Source of the DNA: Phoronis australis
Taxonomy: Eukaryota; Animalia; Phoronida
DNA: 64,000 nt
Direction: 5' to 3'
Assembly: GCA_002633005.1 (NCBI GenBank)
Contig: NMRA01000734.1
Location: forward strand, 110,294-174,293
The translations under genes were made by a program, and so were the position numbers. Shown here piece after piece: positions 62,071 through 64,000 of the stretch. The notes below the pieces were generated by a model. That model saw nothing but the letters and a program-made list of their open reading frames with translations, was not told the DNA's origin and did not search any database. The stretch's first letter is position 1. Every line of letters begins with the position of its first letter.

Positions 62071-64000
62071 GGCTGTCATAGGCTACAACTACGTCACAGA
62101 GCGTAAATTTGATGAATCCTAGCTTCCGATTTTACCCGTTTGGGAAACCGGGTTTCAACTGCCGTAGGCTCACTACAATAAGCGTCCCCTCCACGTGAAA
62201 TGAATTTTTCTAAGCGTTTGTTTGAGCCAATACAGTATACAGCTTTCCACCAAGGCTAGGTGATGCAAGACATTATTCTTTGTTGCATTATAGTAACTGG
62301 TCTTGGCTAATTATCATTTTATGGCCTGGTCATCCATTCAGCCAAAACTAGTTCCAGAGGTGGCTTATCAGCCAATTATTCACGCATGCTGACTCACAAT
62401 AGAAGCATGATAAGAGTGAAGGTGGATAAATGCGGTGTTCCTACAGTTTCTTGTTTTAGTGGATGTGTTCACGACATGATTTTTAGATGATGTGTACCTC
62501 ATTTGTTTTGGGGTAATATACTATGAGATTTGAACAAATTTCTGAGGCCAGGTGTATGATATAATTAGATAAGATGATGTGGTTTTTATTAGACCGAGAA
62601 TTGTTCAGTAAGTGCATTATCAAAATTTGGGCAGAAGACCGGAAAGCAGTCAGAAGGAATTTGGTGGTTGCGGAAATGAGCTATAGGTGTCACTAAACGT
62701 TTTTTTGCTGATTCGTGGCTTGAAAAACCACGTCATGAGTCAGCTCCAACACTCTGTTCCATAGAATGTACAAATACCTGAAAATTTGAAGAGTATAATG
62801 TGCCCAAGGCTTCAAAAACCTTACACAAAGTCTGTTGAAACTGTTTCTAAAGTCTGCTCCCCCCTTTACGACCGCCGGAATTGCATCCGGCTCGCGGCTT
62901 GGAAAACGAGACAAAATGTGCTAAATCATCAGTTTTCACCCCAAAGCCACCATTTGCATGCGAGTACTGAAGAACTGAGAGACAGTGCCGATGTTTCAGA
63001 CTGCTAAAAAATCTCCATATTCCAAAAATCAGGTAAAAAGGGAGTGACGGCCAGCCAGACTTTTCACAAATCCAGAATCTGATGGCTACCTGAATCTCCT
63101 GCTACATCTTCCCGCTTGCAAGCAGTATAGTTTTAAAGAGGAAATTGCAAGGTCCAAACTAATCTGAGCAACAATATGGTCTAATATAGTACGTCGCTAT
63201 ACAAAATTATTTACATATTTAGTGCCGTGGTGTTGTAACACCATTGTTACAACGGAGAATAGAAACGGCGCCATTTTCGTTCGTTACACTTTTGTGACGT
63301 GGTGTAGGGGAACACAAAGGAAACAATATGAGTGTAAGTGGCAAAAGCCGGGTACCCACTCATCCAAGGCTTTACCGGCCACAACTAGGTTGCGCTGTGT
63401 GTACACACCACACTTCGCTAACAGGTAGCGCTGCTTTTAAACAATCATGTCACTTGTTTATTATCGGGTAATTAGACAATAAGACCGACAACCTTCGGCG
63501 TTGATAGACTAGTAGCGATTTTTTAAATAATTTTGACTCAACACAGTCCTTTTCAGGACTAACCCAACAGTCCTGACTGCGTATTATTCACTCGTTCCTA
63601 AAGTATATTAGTGTGATTTAGATTGTAGTAGTTCATAGGTTGAATCGTTTATTCCTATAGTGTGTTAAATTGGGCAAAATTGCCGAGAGAATGGCACCCT
63701 TATTGCGGGTGCCAGTTCTGCTAATTCACAGCTTATTGTATGGTAGATTTTTCTGTTGGTTGTCTGCCAGTAAGCCTAGTGCACTATTTGGGGTTGACTG
63801 AAGCCAATGCAGTGGGCCTTTGCACACACATTTTGAATTTAGTTCAAATGAGCCCCCCATTTGGCGAAGTAGGTGAAAAAGGTCCACCTCCGAGCGACAA
63901 AAAGTCCGAGATAAACTGGACAAAAGACCACTAACTAAGCGCGAACGCGCACTTCGCAGTGGTGCTCCCATTTTTTTTTTAGTCCGCCCCCTGACTTCAA

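Overview
Eukaryotic, AT-rich, intron- and transposon-rich DNA, most likely from a marine invertebrate bilaterian; the species cannot be called from sequence. Two host genes can be assembled by hand from GT-AG splice sites. One is a minus-strand STAND/NB-ARC-type NTPase (NLR-like) that runs off the left edge. The other, head-to-head with it, is a 13-exon, 594-aa WD40 protein with an N-terminal KKLRQIE helix and a C-terminal CaaX box. The rest is mostly mobile DNA: a nearly intact Penelope (RT + GIY-YIG), two Penelope 3' fragments carrying hammerhead ribozymes, a LINE endonuclease scrap, a Polinton/Maverick remnant, an internally deleted Kolobok-like element (THAP + P2X7-ballast-like gene), a decayed Academ element with intact ends and TSD, tRNA-SINEs and many MITEs. 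The least explained host-like signals are a tandemly duplicated exon encoding PLDLS + LxxLL motifs (45-48.5 kb) and promoter/first-exon signatures bracketing an ORF-less, hairpin-rich region (36-44 kb). All family assignments come from motif recognition, not database searches.
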